Below, piece by piece: positions 39,646-49,840 of a stretch of 64,000 nucleotides of DNA. Location of the stretch: contig JAFGOI010000004.1 of assembly GCA_016926555.1 (NCBI GenBank), positions 776-64,775 on the forward strand. The letters are read 5' to 3'. A program made the position numbers and the translations under genes. The first letter of the stretch is position 1. Each line of letters opens with the position of its first letter. This stretch comes from Patescibacteria group bacterium (GTDB lineage: Bacteria; Patescibacteriota; WWE3; UBA101185; UBA10185). The notes under the pieces are model-generated. The model was given only the letters and a program-made list of their open reading frames with translations, was not told the DNA's origin and made no database searches.

Positions 39646-41133
39646 ATGAAGTTTTTGGATGTATTACAGAAATTTCTTCGACAAGAGGAAGTTGCTAAAG
39701 AAACCAGAGATAATATGCGGATCTCTGCGGAGGCTTTAGAACTTGAAGCTAAAGCTAAAGCTAAGGAGATAATTGTGGAAGCAAAGGATACAGCTTTAAA
39801 GATAAGAGAAAAAGCTCAAACTGAAGCGAGAAAAATAAAAGAGGACGCAACCGACCTGGAACGTAAATTAGAAGTAAAAAAGGCGCAAATAGACGCGAAA
39901 GAGCAGGAATTAATCGAAAAAGTGAGAGATTTGAAGAACGCTAAAGTGAGCTTTGATACGGAGAAAGAGAGAATCGAGCAGATGAGCAGTCAGAAAAAGA
40001 AGGAGTTAGAGAGGATAGCAGGAATGACTCGCGAGGAAGCGAAAAATGAATTACTAAAGGAGTTTGAGTGTGAACTTATAAATGAGAAGGGAAGAAGGAT
40101 AAAGGAATTGGAAGAAGAAATAAGAAGGGACTCTGATAACTTAGCTAAGGAAGTAATAGTAAATGCGATGAAATACGGGGCTACTGATTATGTGGTTGAG
40201 TACTCGACTTCAAAAGTGAGACTAGAGGATGATGAAATGAAAGGTAGAATAATTGGGAAAGAGGGTAGGAATATTCGTACCTTTGAAGAACTTACCGGTG
40301 TGGATTTAGATCTGGATTCGTCCCCTGGGGAGATTATAATATCCTGTTTTGACTCAGTAAGAAGGGAAGTGGCTCGGGTGGCGCTCGAAAGATTGATAGC
40401 AGATGGAAGAATACAGCCCGCAAGAATTGAAGAGGTGGTAAACAAAGCCCATGAAGATATTGAGAAGATAATGTTTAAGGAAGGGGATACTCTATGTCAC
40501 AAGGTTGGAGCGTATGGTGTGCCAAAAGAACTTGTACAGGAACTTGGGAAATTTAAATATAGGTTTTCGTATGGCCAGAATATGATAGAGCATACACTCG
40601 AAGTCACAAGGATAGGTATAGCACTAGCCAGAGAATTGGGCGTGGATATAGAAGTTGTAAGGATGGGGTGTCTATACCATGATATAGGTAAAGTTGTTGT
40701 TGATAGCAATGGTTCTCATGTCGATTTAGGGCTCGACATACTGGGAAAGTATGGAGTGTCAGATAAGGTAATAGCGTGTGTCAGGGAACATCACGAAGAC
40801 AACCAAAGCACTATTGAATCAGCTATTGTTGCCTTGGCCGACCATATCAGCGGTTCCAGGCCAGGGTCACGAGGTGAAGATTACGAATCCTATATCAAGA
40901 GACTTAAAGATATGGAAGAAATAGCTACATCTTTTGACGGTGTTGACAAGGCTTTCGCAGTATCAGCGGGGAGGGAAGTGAGAGTATTTGTTAATCCCGA
41001 AAGAGTGGATGATTATGCCACGCAACTTTTAGCTCGAGAGATAGCTAAGAAAATAGAATTGGAGCAATCATATCCTGGAACTGTGAAAGTAATAGTCATA
41101 AGAGAAACTAGGGTAACTGAAACAGCTAAGTAA
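39646..41133 (+). CDS. rny: Ribonuclease Y (KH + HD domains), lacking the usual N-terminal TM helix
   Basis: Coiled coil, a KH domain (IIGKEGRNIRTFEELTGV) and an HD domain (HTLEV...YHDIGK). Confidence 0.9.
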   Translation: MKFLDVLQKFLRQEEVAKETRDNMRISAEALELEAKAKAKEIIVEAKDTALKIREKAQTEARKIKEDATDLERKLEVKKAQIDAKEQELIEKVRDLKNAKVSFDTEKERIEQMSSQKKKELERIAGMTREEAKNELLKEFECELINEKGRRIKELEEEIRRDSDNLAKEVIVNAMKYGATDYVVEYSTSKVRLEDDEMKGRIIGKEGRNIRTFEELTGVDLDLDSSPGEIIISCFDSVRREVARVALERLIADGRIQPARIEEVVNKAHEDIEKIMFKEGDTLCHKVGAYGVPKELVQELGKFKYRFSYGQNMIEHTLEVTRIGIALARELGVDIEVVRMGCLYHDIGKVVVDSNGSHVDLGLDILGKYGVSDKVIACVREHHEDNQSTIESAIVALADHISGSRPGSRGEDYESYIKRLKDMEEIATSFDGVDKAFAVSAGREVRVFVNPERVDDYATQLLAREIAKKIELEQSYPGTVKVIVIRETRVTETAK

Positions 41134-41158
41134 TTATTTATTTAAATGAGGAGAAAAT

Positions 41159-41368
41159 ATGTACTACGTGCTTTTGTTGTTGCTGTTCGGCCTTTTGTAT
41201 TATGTGTTTGCGAAGATACTTAGTTCAATGATTAAAGGATGTTTGGTGTCTGCCTTCATTTTAATTGTTGTTTTAGCAGGAATAATATTGTATAAGTCTA
41301 CTAAAGAACCCGTAAATATTCTTGGTCTTTACGTGGTCGATAATTTTGAGATAACCAGGAAATTTTAA
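41159..41368 (+). CDS. Hypothetical small 2-TM membrane protein (69 aa)
   Basis: An ORF between rny and ymdB with an SD (gaggag) upstream. Confidence 0.3.
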   Translation: MYYVLLLLLFGLLYYVFAKILSSMIKGCLVSAFILIVVLAGIILYKSTKEPVNILGLYVVDNFEITRKF

Positions 41369-42147
41369 TGAAAATACTCTACGTCGGAGAAATTGTTGCC
41401 GGTTCGGGTAGAAAAGCTGTTAATGCATTCCTACCTGATTTACTAAGAGAATATGATATAGATTTTGTGTTCTCAAACGCAGAAAACCTTTCAGGAGGAA
41501 GAGGTTTTATTCAAGAGAATATTGAAGAAATGACTCTAGCTGGAATAAATTATTATACAAGCGGTGAGCATGTATTTTGGCAGAAAGATACAGAGGATTA
41601 CATTGAAACCACCCCTATTTTAAGACCTGCAAATTATCCCGAGGGCACACCGGGGAAAGGACACACGGTCATAGACCTAGGTAGTAAGGGAAAGATTTTA
41701 CTGATTAACTTGATGGGGAGAACATCTTTTGGTGGACCCAAAATATACTTAGACGATCCGTTTAGAAAAGCCGACGAGATATTAAATATATATAAAGATG
41801 AAGAGTTCCATGCAACAATTGTCGATTTTCATGCAGAAGCTACAAGCGAAAAATATGCAATGTCCTTCTATCTTGATGGACGAGTTACAGCTGTGTTGGG
41901 ATCCCATACACATGTTCCTACATGTGATCAAAGGGTACTTCCGAAAGGAACGCTATATGTTACAGATGTTGGTATGACGGGGAATATTGACTCTGTATTG
42001 GGTGTCGAGAAAGATATAATTATAAACCTTTTTCTGACAGCGAGAAATCAGAGATTCAAATGGGAAAGTACTGGTACTAAAGCATTTAGAAGTGTATTAT
42101 TAGATACGGTAGAACATACCATTTTTAGAATTGATAAGTTAGTTTGA
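41368..42147 (+). CDS. ymdB: YmdB-like metallophosphoesterase (2',3'-cNMP phosphodiesterase family, TIGR00282)
   Basis: MKILYVGEIV...SNAENLSGGRG...GEHV. The rny-ymdB adjacency is conserved. Confidence 0.8.
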   Translation: MKILYVGEIVAGSGRKAVNAFLPDLLREYDIDFVFSNAENLSGGRGFIQENIEEMTLAGINYYTSGEHVFWQKDTEDYIETTPILRPANYPEGTPGKGHTVIDLGSKGKILLINLMGRTSFGGPKIYLDDPFRKADEILNIYKDEEFHATIVDFHAEATSEKYAMSFYLDGRVTAVLGSHTHVPTCDQRVLPKGTLYVTDVGMTGNIDSVLGVEKDIIINLFLTARNQRFKWESTGTKAFRSVLLDTVEHTIFRIDKLV

Positions 42148-42191
42148 AAATTTAGCCACCAGGCGCAACCACGAAGGGGGGTGTCTTTAAG

Positions 42192-42464
42192 ATGACAAAG
42201 TCAGATCTAATCGCAAAAGTTGCTGATGTAGCAGGAATGACAAAAGTTGACGCTGGAAAAGCAGTCGATGCTGTTTCCACAGTAGTCACAGATTCTCTGA
42301 GAAGAGGTGAAAAAGTTACCTGGACAGGTTTTGGAACATTCGAAGTTAGACGAAGAGCCGCGAGAATGGGAAGAAATCCTCAGACAGGTGCTCCTCTCCA
42401 TATTCCTGCAAGCAAGACTCCTGCCTTTAAAGCTGGAAAAGGTCTAAAGGATGCAGTAAAGTAA
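42192..42464 (+). CDS. hup: DNA-binding protein HU
   Basis: A 90-aa protein with [11 protein letters not shown]...[20 protein letters not shown]. Confidence 0.9.
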   Translation: MTKSDLIAKVADVAGMTKVDAGKAVDAVSTVVTDSLRRGEKVTWTGFGTFEVRRRAARMGRNPQTGAPLHIPASKTPAFKAGKGLKDAVK

Positions 42465-42492
42465 TCTTTTAGATTTTAATATGACTTTAAGT

Positions 42493-42519
42493 AGGGCGCC
42501 CGCTTTCAGCGGGCGCCCT
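42493..42519 (+). terminator. GC-rich hairpin terminator after hup
   Basis: AGGGCGCCCGC-tttca-GCGGGCGCCCT, a perfect 11-bp stem. Confidence 0.55.
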
Positions 42520-42600
42520 ATCTGTATTTAAATAGTGTATAAATTCTGAATGGTGCCCATTATATAGCAAACAACAATTACAAGTGCTAAAATCTAAGTC

Positions 42601-43524
42601 ATGGCAAGAGATTATTACGATATATTGGGAATTTCAAAGAACGCTTCGCCTGAAGATATAAAAAAAGCTTATAGAAAGCTTGCAAGGGAGCACCATCCTG
42701 ATATGGTTAATGAATCCGATAAAGCTGACGCCGAAAGAAGATTCAAAGAAATAAATGAAGCATACCAGGTTCTAAGTGATAAAGATAAAAAAAGTATGTA
42801 TGATCAGTATGGTCACTCTGGACCAGGTTTTTCAAATGGCGCAGGTTTTCAAGGTACAAAGGGGGGGCAGTGGGGTCCTTTTACGTATACTTATACTTCA
42901 GGAGGTGGCAGCCCGTTTGGGCAGCAGGATTTTGACCCTTTTGATATTTTCGAGCAGTTTTTCGGGTTTAGAGGTTATGGGGACAGGAGAGCACCGAAGA
43001 AAGGCAAAAATCTTACATATGAAATGGTTATAGATTTTAGAGATGCTATTTTTGGCTTGGAAAAGGAAGTAAATGTTGAAAGTGGTAGAGTAAGGATTAA
43101 GATCCCAAAGGGTGTTAGAGATGGCACAGAATTAAAGTTTTCCGGGAAGGGAATGCCGGGTTCCAAAGGAGTGCCTCCGGGTGACTTGTTTCTTGTTGTA
43201 AGGTACAAATCCCCCAGCGATTTTAAGTTATTGGGGAGTGACGTTTATGTTAGGACTGAAATTGATTTTATTACCGCGATATTAGGAGGTAGTGTTGAAA
43301 TTCCTGTAATAGATACTTCCAAGAGTAGCGGTGTTGGAAAAACCAAACTAAAGATACCTTCAGGAACCCAGCATAGTACCAGATTTGTTTTACATAACAA
43401 AGGTATGCCGAAGTTGCACTCTTCCGGGTACGGCGATGTTTTAGTACAGGTAGCTATAAGTATCCCCAAGAGATTGAATAGAAAGCAAAAGAAGGCCCTG
43501 GAGGAGTATCAGGATAACGGTTGA
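42601..43524 (+). CDS. DnaJ-family co-chaperone lacking the zinc-finger domain (CbpA-like)
   Basis: A J-domain with HPD (REHHPDM), a G/F-rich region and C-terminal substrate-binding domains. There are no CxxCxGxG repeats. Confidence 0.75.
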   Translation: MARDYYDILGISKNASPEDIKKAYRKLAREHHPDMVNESDKADAERRFKEINEAYQVLSDKDKKSMYDQYGHSGPGFSNGAGFQGTKGGQWGPFTYTYTSGGGSPFGQQDFDPFDIFEQFFGFRGYGDRRAPKKGKNLTYEMVIDFRDAIFGLEKEVNVESGRVRIKIPKGVRDGTELKFSGKGMPGSKGVPPGDLFLVVRYKSPSDFKLLGSDVYVRTEIDFITAILGGSVEIPVIDTSKSSGVGKTKLKIPSGTQHSTRFVLHNKGMPKLHSSGYGDVLVQVAISIPKRLNRKQKKALEEYQDNG

Positions 43525-43588
43525 TGTTTTGATTTTCCTTATATATTATGTAATAATTGCGTCAACAATTTATATATTTAATTAAATT

Positions 43589-43613
43589 GGGTGGGTTTTA
43601 TCCCGCCTTTTTT
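43589..43613 (+). terminator. Rho-independent terminator
   Basis: GGTGGG-tttta-CCCGCC followed by TTTTTT. Confidence 0.6.
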
Positions 43614-43664
43614 GATTAGGTATCTTGCCTTTAAAGCAAAATAATTGATGATATAATTTGAAAT

Positions 43665-44891
43665 ATGGCAATGACTGAATTTAACGCAGCATTAAACCAG
43701 GTTGCCACCGAAAGGGGCATATCTGTAGATAGTGTTTTAGAGTCTGTTAGACAGGCTCTGGCTACTGCATACAGAAAAGACAGGAAGGAACATGGTGTTG
43801 ATGTTGATTTGGATGAAATAGTTGTTGAGTTAGACTCGGATACTGGTGAAGTTAGAATACTTAAGGATGGAAAGGATGTAACACCTGCCGGCTTCGGGAG
43901 AATAGCGGCTCAAACCGCTAAACAGGTAATTTTGCAGAAAATAAGAGAAACGGAAAAGGAAACTATCGCTTCAGAATATAGAGCAAAAATAGGTGAAATT
44001 GTAAATGGTATTGTTTTTAGAGTGGAAAATAGCATTGTTACGCTGGATCTTGGAAAGACGCATGCCCACGGTATTATGCTTCAAAGTGACCAAGTACCTA
44101 CCGAGTCCTACAGGATGAATCAGAGGTTGAAGGTATTGATTAGAGATGTCAGAGATAGTACTAGGGGTACGGAAATATTGGTGAGCCGTTCGTCGCCTGA
44201 TTTTGTAAAGAAGCTTTTTGAGCAGGAAGTTCCAGAAATAGCTACAGGTGTGGTGAAAATAGAGGCTATTGCAAGAGAGGCTGGTTCACGAACAAAGATG
44301 GCTGTTTCGTCTTCAGATGAGAAGGTTGATCCTGTGGGGAGTTGTGTGGGTCAAAAGGGTGTTCGAGTTCAGTCCATAATTTCAGAGTTATTTGGCGAGA
44401 AGATTGATATAGTCCCCTATTCTCCAATTACTGAGAAGTTTATAGCTGCAAGTTTATCTCCAGCCAGAGTAGCTGAGGTAGAGCTGGAAAAGGAGGAGAA
44501 AAGAGCTATAGTAACGGTTCCGGAAGATCAACAGAGTTTAGCAATTGGTAAAGAGGGACAAAATGCTCGTTTGGCAAACAAACTAACGAAGTGGAAAATA
44601 GATATTAAGGGTTCAACAGGCGTGTTTGTTACAGGGGAAGAAACTAGTGAAGTATCATCTGAAGGGCAGCAAGTTGTGGGGGTATGGGACGCAGAAATCC
44701 AAAGAAGCAGGGAAAGAACTAAAGATCAAGATTCTGAACAAAGTGACTCCTCTGGAGAGAATCCGGAAGAAGAAGATGAAGGAAAAGCTGTGGATGATAT
44801 GGAGACTGTTGCAGTGTCCGGGGATGGGGATGTTTCTGAAGATACATCTTCAGAATCTGCTCAGGAAGATATACCTGAAAAAGAAAAATGA
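43665..44891 (+). CDS. nusA: Transcription termination/antitermination factor NusA with an acidic C-terminal tail
   Basis: An N-terminal domain, an S1 domain and two KH domains (GSCVGQKGVRVQSI, LAIGKEGQNARLANKLT). Confidence 0.9.
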   Translation: MAMTEFNAALNQVATERGISVDSVLESVRQALATAYRKDRKEHGVDVDLDEIVVELDSDTGEVRILKDGKDVTPAGFGRIAAQTAKQVILQKIRETEKETIASEYRAKIGEIVNGIVFRVENSIVTLDLGKTHAHGIMLQSDQVPTESYRMNQRLKVLIRDVRDSTRGTEILVSRSSPDFVKKLFEQEVPEIATGVVKIEAIAREAGSRTKMAVSSSDEKVDPVGSCVGQKGVRVQSIISELFGEKIDIVPYSPITEKFIAASLSPARVAEVELEKEEKRAIVTVPEDQQSLAIGKEGQNARLANKLTKWKIDIKGSTGVFVTGEETSEVSSEGQQVVGVWDAEIQRSRERTKDQDSEQSDSSGENPEEEDEGKAVDDMETVAVSGDGDVSEDTSSESAQEDIPEKEK

Positions 44892-44919
44892 CATCAAGGT
44901 TGTTCTATACAATTAAAGT

Positions 44920-46416
44920 ATGGCTAAAAAAGCTGAGAATACAAGTAAAGACATTACAAGACCGCCCATTGTTACAGTTATGGGACATGTTGATCATGGG
45001 AAAACCAGCATTCTTGATGCAATCAGAAAAACAAATATTCAAGGCGGTGAATATGGGGGAATAACCCAGCATATTGGTGCTTATCAAATAATTCACGCTA
45101 ATAAAAAAATAACTTTTATAGATACGCCTGGGCACGCTGCGTTTACTCAAATGAGATCTCGAGGGGGGAAAGCGGCAGATATAGTTGTATTGGTTGTTGC
45201 GGCGGATGAAGGTGTAAAACCACAGACAAAGGAAGCAATATCTCACGCGAAAGTAGCGGGCGCTCCGATAATTGTAGCAATAAACAAAATGGATAAAGCG
45301 GGAGCGGATCCTCAGAAAGTTAAACAGGGTTTAGCTCGGGAGAGTGTATTGACTGAAGACTGGGGGGGCGATGTTATTAGTGTCAATGTTTCAGCTAAGA
45401 CAGGAGAAGGATTGGGCGATTTATTGGATGCTATTCTGGTTTTAGCTGAAGTGATCAATATAGCCGGAGATAAGAATGGAGAGCTGGAGGCAGTGATAAT
45501 AGAATCAAAAGTCGACAGGAAAAGGGGAGTTGTAGTTTCTGGCATTATACGCAACGGAACTTTGTCTCTTGGAGATGAGGTTGTAGCAAGTGGCCTGGAC
45601 GCCAAGATTAAGTCTATTGGTGACGATAAGGGTGAGAGGCTTAAGTCAGCGACATTATCCACGCCGGTGGAAATCCTAGGTTTTAAAGACACACCACATG
45701 TTGGCGATCTGATAGTGAAAAAAGGGAGTGATCTTGAAGAACTTTCTATAGATGAAGGAAGAGAAGAGATTATTGGTAAAGATGCTAAAAAAACCATATC
45801 ATTGGTTTTGAAGACTGATACACAGGGTACTCTGGAGGCTGTAAAAGGTAGTTTGGCCGATTTAATAACTTCCTCAATTGAGGCTACTTATGCACTGAAA
45901 TTTGTTCATACTGCAACAGGCGATATATCGGAATCTGATGTTATGTTAGCAAGTAGTACAGACGGTGTTGTTATTGGATTTAATGTGAGACTGCCTAGTA
46001 GTGTTAGTGATTATGCCGATTCGCAAAGGGTTGTGATAAGAGTCTACAAAACGATATATGAACTTATAGATGACGCGAAAGATCTGCTTGAAGGTACAGC
46101 GAGTAAAGAGGAGGCTAAAATCAAGGGTAGAGCGCAGATTCAGAAGACATTTAAACTGCCATCCGGGGATGTGATAGCGGGATGTAAGGTGTTAGCGGGA
46201 GCGGTAAAAGAAGGTTCGAGGATTAGTCTGTATGATAAAGATCCGGCGGATTTAACCGAGGAAGATGTCCCCATATATACCGGTGTAATTAAGAAAATTA
46301 AGCACAAAAAAGATGATGTGTCTATGGCAGGAAAAGATACGGAATGTGGGATATTGTTAAAACCGAAATTTGAAGGATTGCTAAAGGGATTGTGGGTAGA
46401 AGTGGATCGCCTTTGA
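44920..46416 (+). CDS. infB: Translation initiation factor IF-2, short form starting at the G domain
   Basis: GHVDHGKTS, DTPGH, NKMD. 498 aa with no N-terminal extension. Confidence 0.9.
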   Translation: MAKKAENTSKDITRPPIVTVMGHVDHGKTSILDAIRKTNIQGGEYGGITQHIGAYQIIHANKKITFIDTPGHAAFTQMRSRGGKAADIVVLVVAADEGVKPQTKEAISHAKVAGAPIIVAINKMDKAGADPQKVKQGLARESVLTEDWGGDVISVNVSAKTGEGLGDLLDAILVLAEVINIAGDKNGELEAVIIESKVDRKRGVVVSGIIRNGTLSLGDEVVASGLDAKIKSIGDDKGERLKSATLSTPVEILGFKDTPHVGDLIVKKGSDLEELSIDEGREEIIGKDAKKTISLVLKTDTQGTLEAVKGSLADLITSSIEATYALKFVHTATGDISESDVMLASSTDGVVIGFNVRLPSSVSDYADSQRVVIRVYKTIYELIDDAKDLLEGTASKEEAKIKGRAQIQKTFKLPSGDVIAGCKVLAGAVKEGSRISLYDKDPADLTEEDVPIYTGVIKKIKHKKDDVSMAGKDTECGILLKPKFEGLLKGLWVEVDRL

Positions 46417-46474
46417 CACTATAGGCCAGTGATGATATAATTCGGTAACTCTAATTTGGAAAACGTATATTTTT

Positions 46475-47146
46475 TTGCCCTTAAATATGACAAATAAAGT
46501 AGTTGAGAGTACAGACAATTTAATAACAGAATTGATCCAAAATGCGGTAAATGTTGCAGTTATACCATCAAAAGTTGCCGGTGCGGATGCTTTTACTGCA
46601 GGTATTGGTCTTTACTATTCTTTAAAGCTGAACGGTAAAAAGGTCTCTTTTGTATACCCAGGCAAGATACCGGAAGGTTTTGAAAATTTGATTGATGTTG
46701 AGGAAGTTATGTCTGATATTAAGAGAAGATCTTTAATTGTGTCTATAGATTATTCTAATATTCCTGCGACAAAAGTTCACTACACAACCAAAGATGATGT
46801 GTTAAAGCTTGTCCTCAGTCCTGTAAGTAAAGATTTTGATCTCGGCAGAATATCTACTGAGTTAAAAGGATTTGATTTTGATTTGATTTTCACTGTCGGA
46901 GCGCAAGATCTAAATGATTTTGGACAGACTTACAGGGAGTTGCAAAGAGAATTTGGTGCCGCCAAAATTGTAAATTTGGATAATCATAATATAAATCAGA
47001 GATTTGGGACTGTGGATATAGTTGATACTAGTGAACAAGGATTGTGTCTTTTAGTGCTAAATAAGCTTGCTAGATGGGGATTAAAGGTGGACTACGTTTC
47101 AGCAGAGGCGTTGTTGAGGGGAATTTCTAGTACGAAACTCAAGTAA
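46475..47146 (+). CDS. DHH-family (NrnA-like) N-terminal domain protein. Catalytically degenerate and lacking DHHA1.
   Basis: An NrnA-like N-terminus (IPSKVAGADAFTAGIGLYYSLKLNGKKV), but DGD becomes GAD and DHH becomes DNH (NLDNHNIN). Only 223 aa. Confidence 0.4.
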   Translation: MPLNMTNKVVESTDNLITELIQNAVNVAVIPSKVAGADAFTAGIGLYYSLKLNGKKVSFVYPGKIPEGFENLIDVEEVMSDIKRRSLIVSIDYSNIPATKVHYTTKDDVLKLVLSPVSKDFDLGRISTELKGFDFDLIFTVGAQDLNDFGQTYRELQREFGAAKIVNLDNHNINQRFGTVDIVDTSEQGLCLLVLNKLARWGLKVDYVSAEALLRGISSTKLK

Positions 47147-47190
47147 TAGTTGCAATTTAAGTAATGTTTTGTTAACATTCATTAGCAGTT

Positions 47191-47460
47191 ATGGCTTTGA
47201 ATAAAGGAAAAAAGACAAAAATAATAAAGGATAACAGGTTACACGATGATGATACTGGCTCTCCCGAAGTCCAGGTTGCACTATTGTGTGAAAAGATAGA
47301 TAAGTTGTCTGATCATTTGAAAAGCCATAAGAAGGATCATCACTCGCGAAGAGGACTCCTACAAATGGTTAATAAAAGAAGGAGATTGCTCGCGTATTTG
47401 AAAAGAAAAGATTCCGAGAGATACAACTCTTTAGTTGAGAAACTCGAACTGTCAAAGTAA
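47191..47460 (+). CDS. rpsO: 30S ribosomal protein S15
   Basis: An 89-aa protein with [24 protein letters not shown]. Confidence 0.9.
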   Translation: MALNKGKKTKIIKDNRLHDDDTGSPEVQVALLCEKIDKLSDHLKSHKKDHHSRRGLLQMVNKRRRLLAYLKRKDSERYNSLVEKLELSK

Positions 47461-47569
47461 TAATTTGGATTAGGTGGTATCGGGTTAGGGTATAGGCTAT
47501 TGTGCATTAAATCAATGATTTTTTGCATAGTATTTTATTCCTTAACTCAGATAAATCTCCTACTAAAAA

Positions 47570-49792
47570 ATGGAAATAATTAAAAAAGAAATAATGTTTA
47601 ATGGAAAAAGTTTAAGCTTAGAAACTGGGGAATTAGCGGCGCAGACTAATTTAGCAGTGAAGGCATCCTATGGAGATACAGTAATACTGGCAACAGTTGT
47701 GTCAGGCGATCCAAATCCTGAGGTTGACTTTTTTCCCCTTACGGTAAATTACCAAGAAAAGTTATATGCTGGGGGAATAATAAAATCCTCTAGGTTTGTT
47801 AAAAGAGATGGTCGCCCCACAGATGCCGCGATAATAACAAAAAGAATGGTGGATCATGCGATCCGACCTTTGTTTCCCTCCGATTACATGGACGAAGTGC
47901 AGTTAGTTCTAACTGTATTGTCTCTTGACGAGAATTCCGATCCGGAATTTCTTGCGATGGTCGCATCTTCTGCAGTTTTATATGCTTCAGATGTCCCTTG
48001 GGACGGACCGATGGTAAGCGTGCGAGTGGGTTATATTGATAACAAATACGTAATCAATCCTACAAGAGATGAATTGGAAGAGAACAGCGATTTGGATATG
48101 ATGGTCTCTTTTGTTGGAGACGATAAAAAGTTTCTAGCTGTTGAAGCCGAGTCAAATATACTACCTGAAGATACTATTTTCGGTGCAATAAATTATGCTA
48201 GAGATAGTGTTGATGATGTGTATAAATTAATCAAAGAGTTTGCCTCTGAAGTTAACCCAGATGATAAAAAATATGAGTATGAATCTCAAAAAATCGGAGA
48301 AGATGTACTTGTTGCCGTTCAGGAAATTGCCAAAGATGAGGTTAGGAAAATAATCAGAATGGAATATGACAAAACCGAATTAAGTGACAAAAGAGATGAT
48401 CTGAAAGAAAAAGTATTAACCGAGTTGGAAGGTAAATATAAGAAATCCCTAATGATAAGAGCGCTTGAGGAATTAGAGAAGCATGAAATACAGCATTTAG
48501 TACTAGATGAGGAACATAGGCCAGATGGAAGAGGTATAGAAGAGATTAGAAATATAGAATGCAAGGTTAATTTATTGCCCAGAACCCACGGGTCCGGTTT
48601 GTTTACGAGGGGACTTACACAGGTGTTGACAGTTGTAACTTTAGGGTCTCCCTCAATGGAATTACTTATTCAGGATATGTACGGGGAAACTAATAAAAGA
48701 TTTCTTCACTACTATACATTTCCGCCATTCTCGACAGGGGAAACAGGCCGAGTGGGAGGTTTTCCAAGGAGTAGAGAAATAGGTCACGGGATGCTGGCTG
48801 AGCGTGCGTTGAGACCTGTAATACCCGATCAGAAGGAATTTCCCTATACTATATTACTAGTTTCTGAAACGTTATCCTCTAGCGGTTCTTCTTCGATGGC
48901 GTCTGCGTGCGGATCTACATTGGCCTTAATGGATGCTGGTGTGCCGATTAAGGATAAAATCGCAGGGGTTGGAGTTGGTCTGATAACAAATGATGACTTT
49001 TCGAAATACAAAATTATGACAGACCTTGCGTATATGGAAGACGCTTTTGGATTCCTAGACTTTAAGATGACAGGTACAAGAGAAGGTGTAACGGCAATTC
49101 AGTGTGATATGAAAGTAAAAGGTATACCTATGGATATATTGTCTCAGGTTATAGATCAATCTAAGAGGGGCCGGTTAGTCGTTCTTGGTAAAATGGAGAA
49201 AGCTATAAATGCGCCCAGGGACACTGTTTCGCAGTATGCTCCTAAGATGCTTACTACAAAGGTAGCCGAGGATCAAATAGGAAAGGTTATTGGCTCAGGT
49301 GGGAAGACAATAAAAGAAATTCAGGAACGGACAAATACGGAAGTGTTTATCGAAGATGACGGTAGCGTAGTTATAGCTTCACCGGATATTGCGAATGCCC
49401 AGAAAGCTTTAGACATAATAAATGGAATGACGCGAGAACTGGAGATAGGTGAAGTGTTTGAAGGTCGTGTAAAGGAAATACTTGATTTTGGGGCGTTAGT
49501 GGAGATATTTCCGGGCAGAGTGGGGTTGCTTCATGTGAGTGAGATCTCCCATTCTTATGTCGAAAAAGTTGAGGATCATGTAAAAGAGGGAGATATAGTT
49601 AAAGTAAAGATAGTTGGATTCGGTGAGAATGGAAAGATAAGTCTGTCAATGAAAGCTTTGGAATCAAATCCTAATACAGGTGACCAAAGACACGGGGATC
49701 AAAGAAGGGATTCGCATGGAAGTGGAAGTAGAAACATTCGAAGTGACCGAGGAAGAAGAGATCCCAAACGCAGAGACCGCAGGCGTGATTAA
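47570..49792 (+). CDS. pnp: Polyribonucleotide nucleotidyltransferase (PNPase) with an Arg/Asp-rich C-terminal tail
   Basis: Two RNase PH domains, a KH domain (VIGSGGKTIKEIQE) and an S1 domain. The tail reads GDQRHGDQRRDSHGSGSRNIRSDRGRRDPKRRDRRRD. Confidence 0.9.
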   Translation: MEIIKKEIMFNGKSLSLETGELAAQTNLAVKASYGDTVILATVVSGDPNPEVDFFPLTVNYQEKLYAGGIIKSSRFVKRDGRPTDAAIITKRMVDHAIRPLFPSDYMDEVQLVLTVLSLDENSDPEFLAMVASSAVLYASDVPWDGPMVSVRVGYIDNKYVINPTRDELEENSDLDMMVSFVGDDKKFLAVEAESNILPEDTIFGAINYARDSVDDVYKLIKEFASEVNPDDKKYEYESQKIGEDVLVAVQEIAKDEVRKIIRMEYDKTELSDKRDDLKEKVLTELEGKYKKSLMIRALEELEKHEIQHLVLDEEHRPDGRGIEEIRNIECKVNLLPRTHGSGLFTRGLTQVLTVVTLGSPSMELLIQDMYGETNKRFLHYYTFPPFSTGETGRVGGFPRSREIGHGMLAERALRPVIPDQKEFPYTILLVSETLSSSGSSSMASACGSTLALMDAGVPIKDKIAGVGVGLITNDDFSKYKIMTDLAYMEDAFGFLDFKMTGTREGVTAIQCDMKVKGIPMDILSQVIDQSKRGRLVVLGKMEKAINAPRDTVSQYAPKMLTTKVAEDQIGKVIGSGGKTIKEIQERTNTEVFIEDDGSVVIASPDIANAQKALDIINGMTRELEIGEVFEGRVKEILDFGALVEIFPGRVGLLHVSEISHSYVEKVEDHVKEGDIVKVKIVGFGENGKISLSMKALESNPNTGDQRHGDQRRDSHGSGSRNIRSDRGRRDPKRRDRRRD

Positions 49793-49840
49793 TATTAGTA
49801 TATTGAGGGGCTTTACATGGTACTATATAAGTAATCTAGT

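Noticed and set aside
39757-39774. Tandem GCTAAA repeat (gctaaagctaaagctaag)
   Set aside because: It lies inside rny and simply encodes EAKAKAKAKE in the coiled-coil region. It is not a CRISPR array or a regulatory repeat.
46475-47146. RbfA call for the gene after infB, expected from operon position
   Set aside because: The sequence resembles a DHH/NrnA N-domain and shows no RbfA KH-like fold signature.
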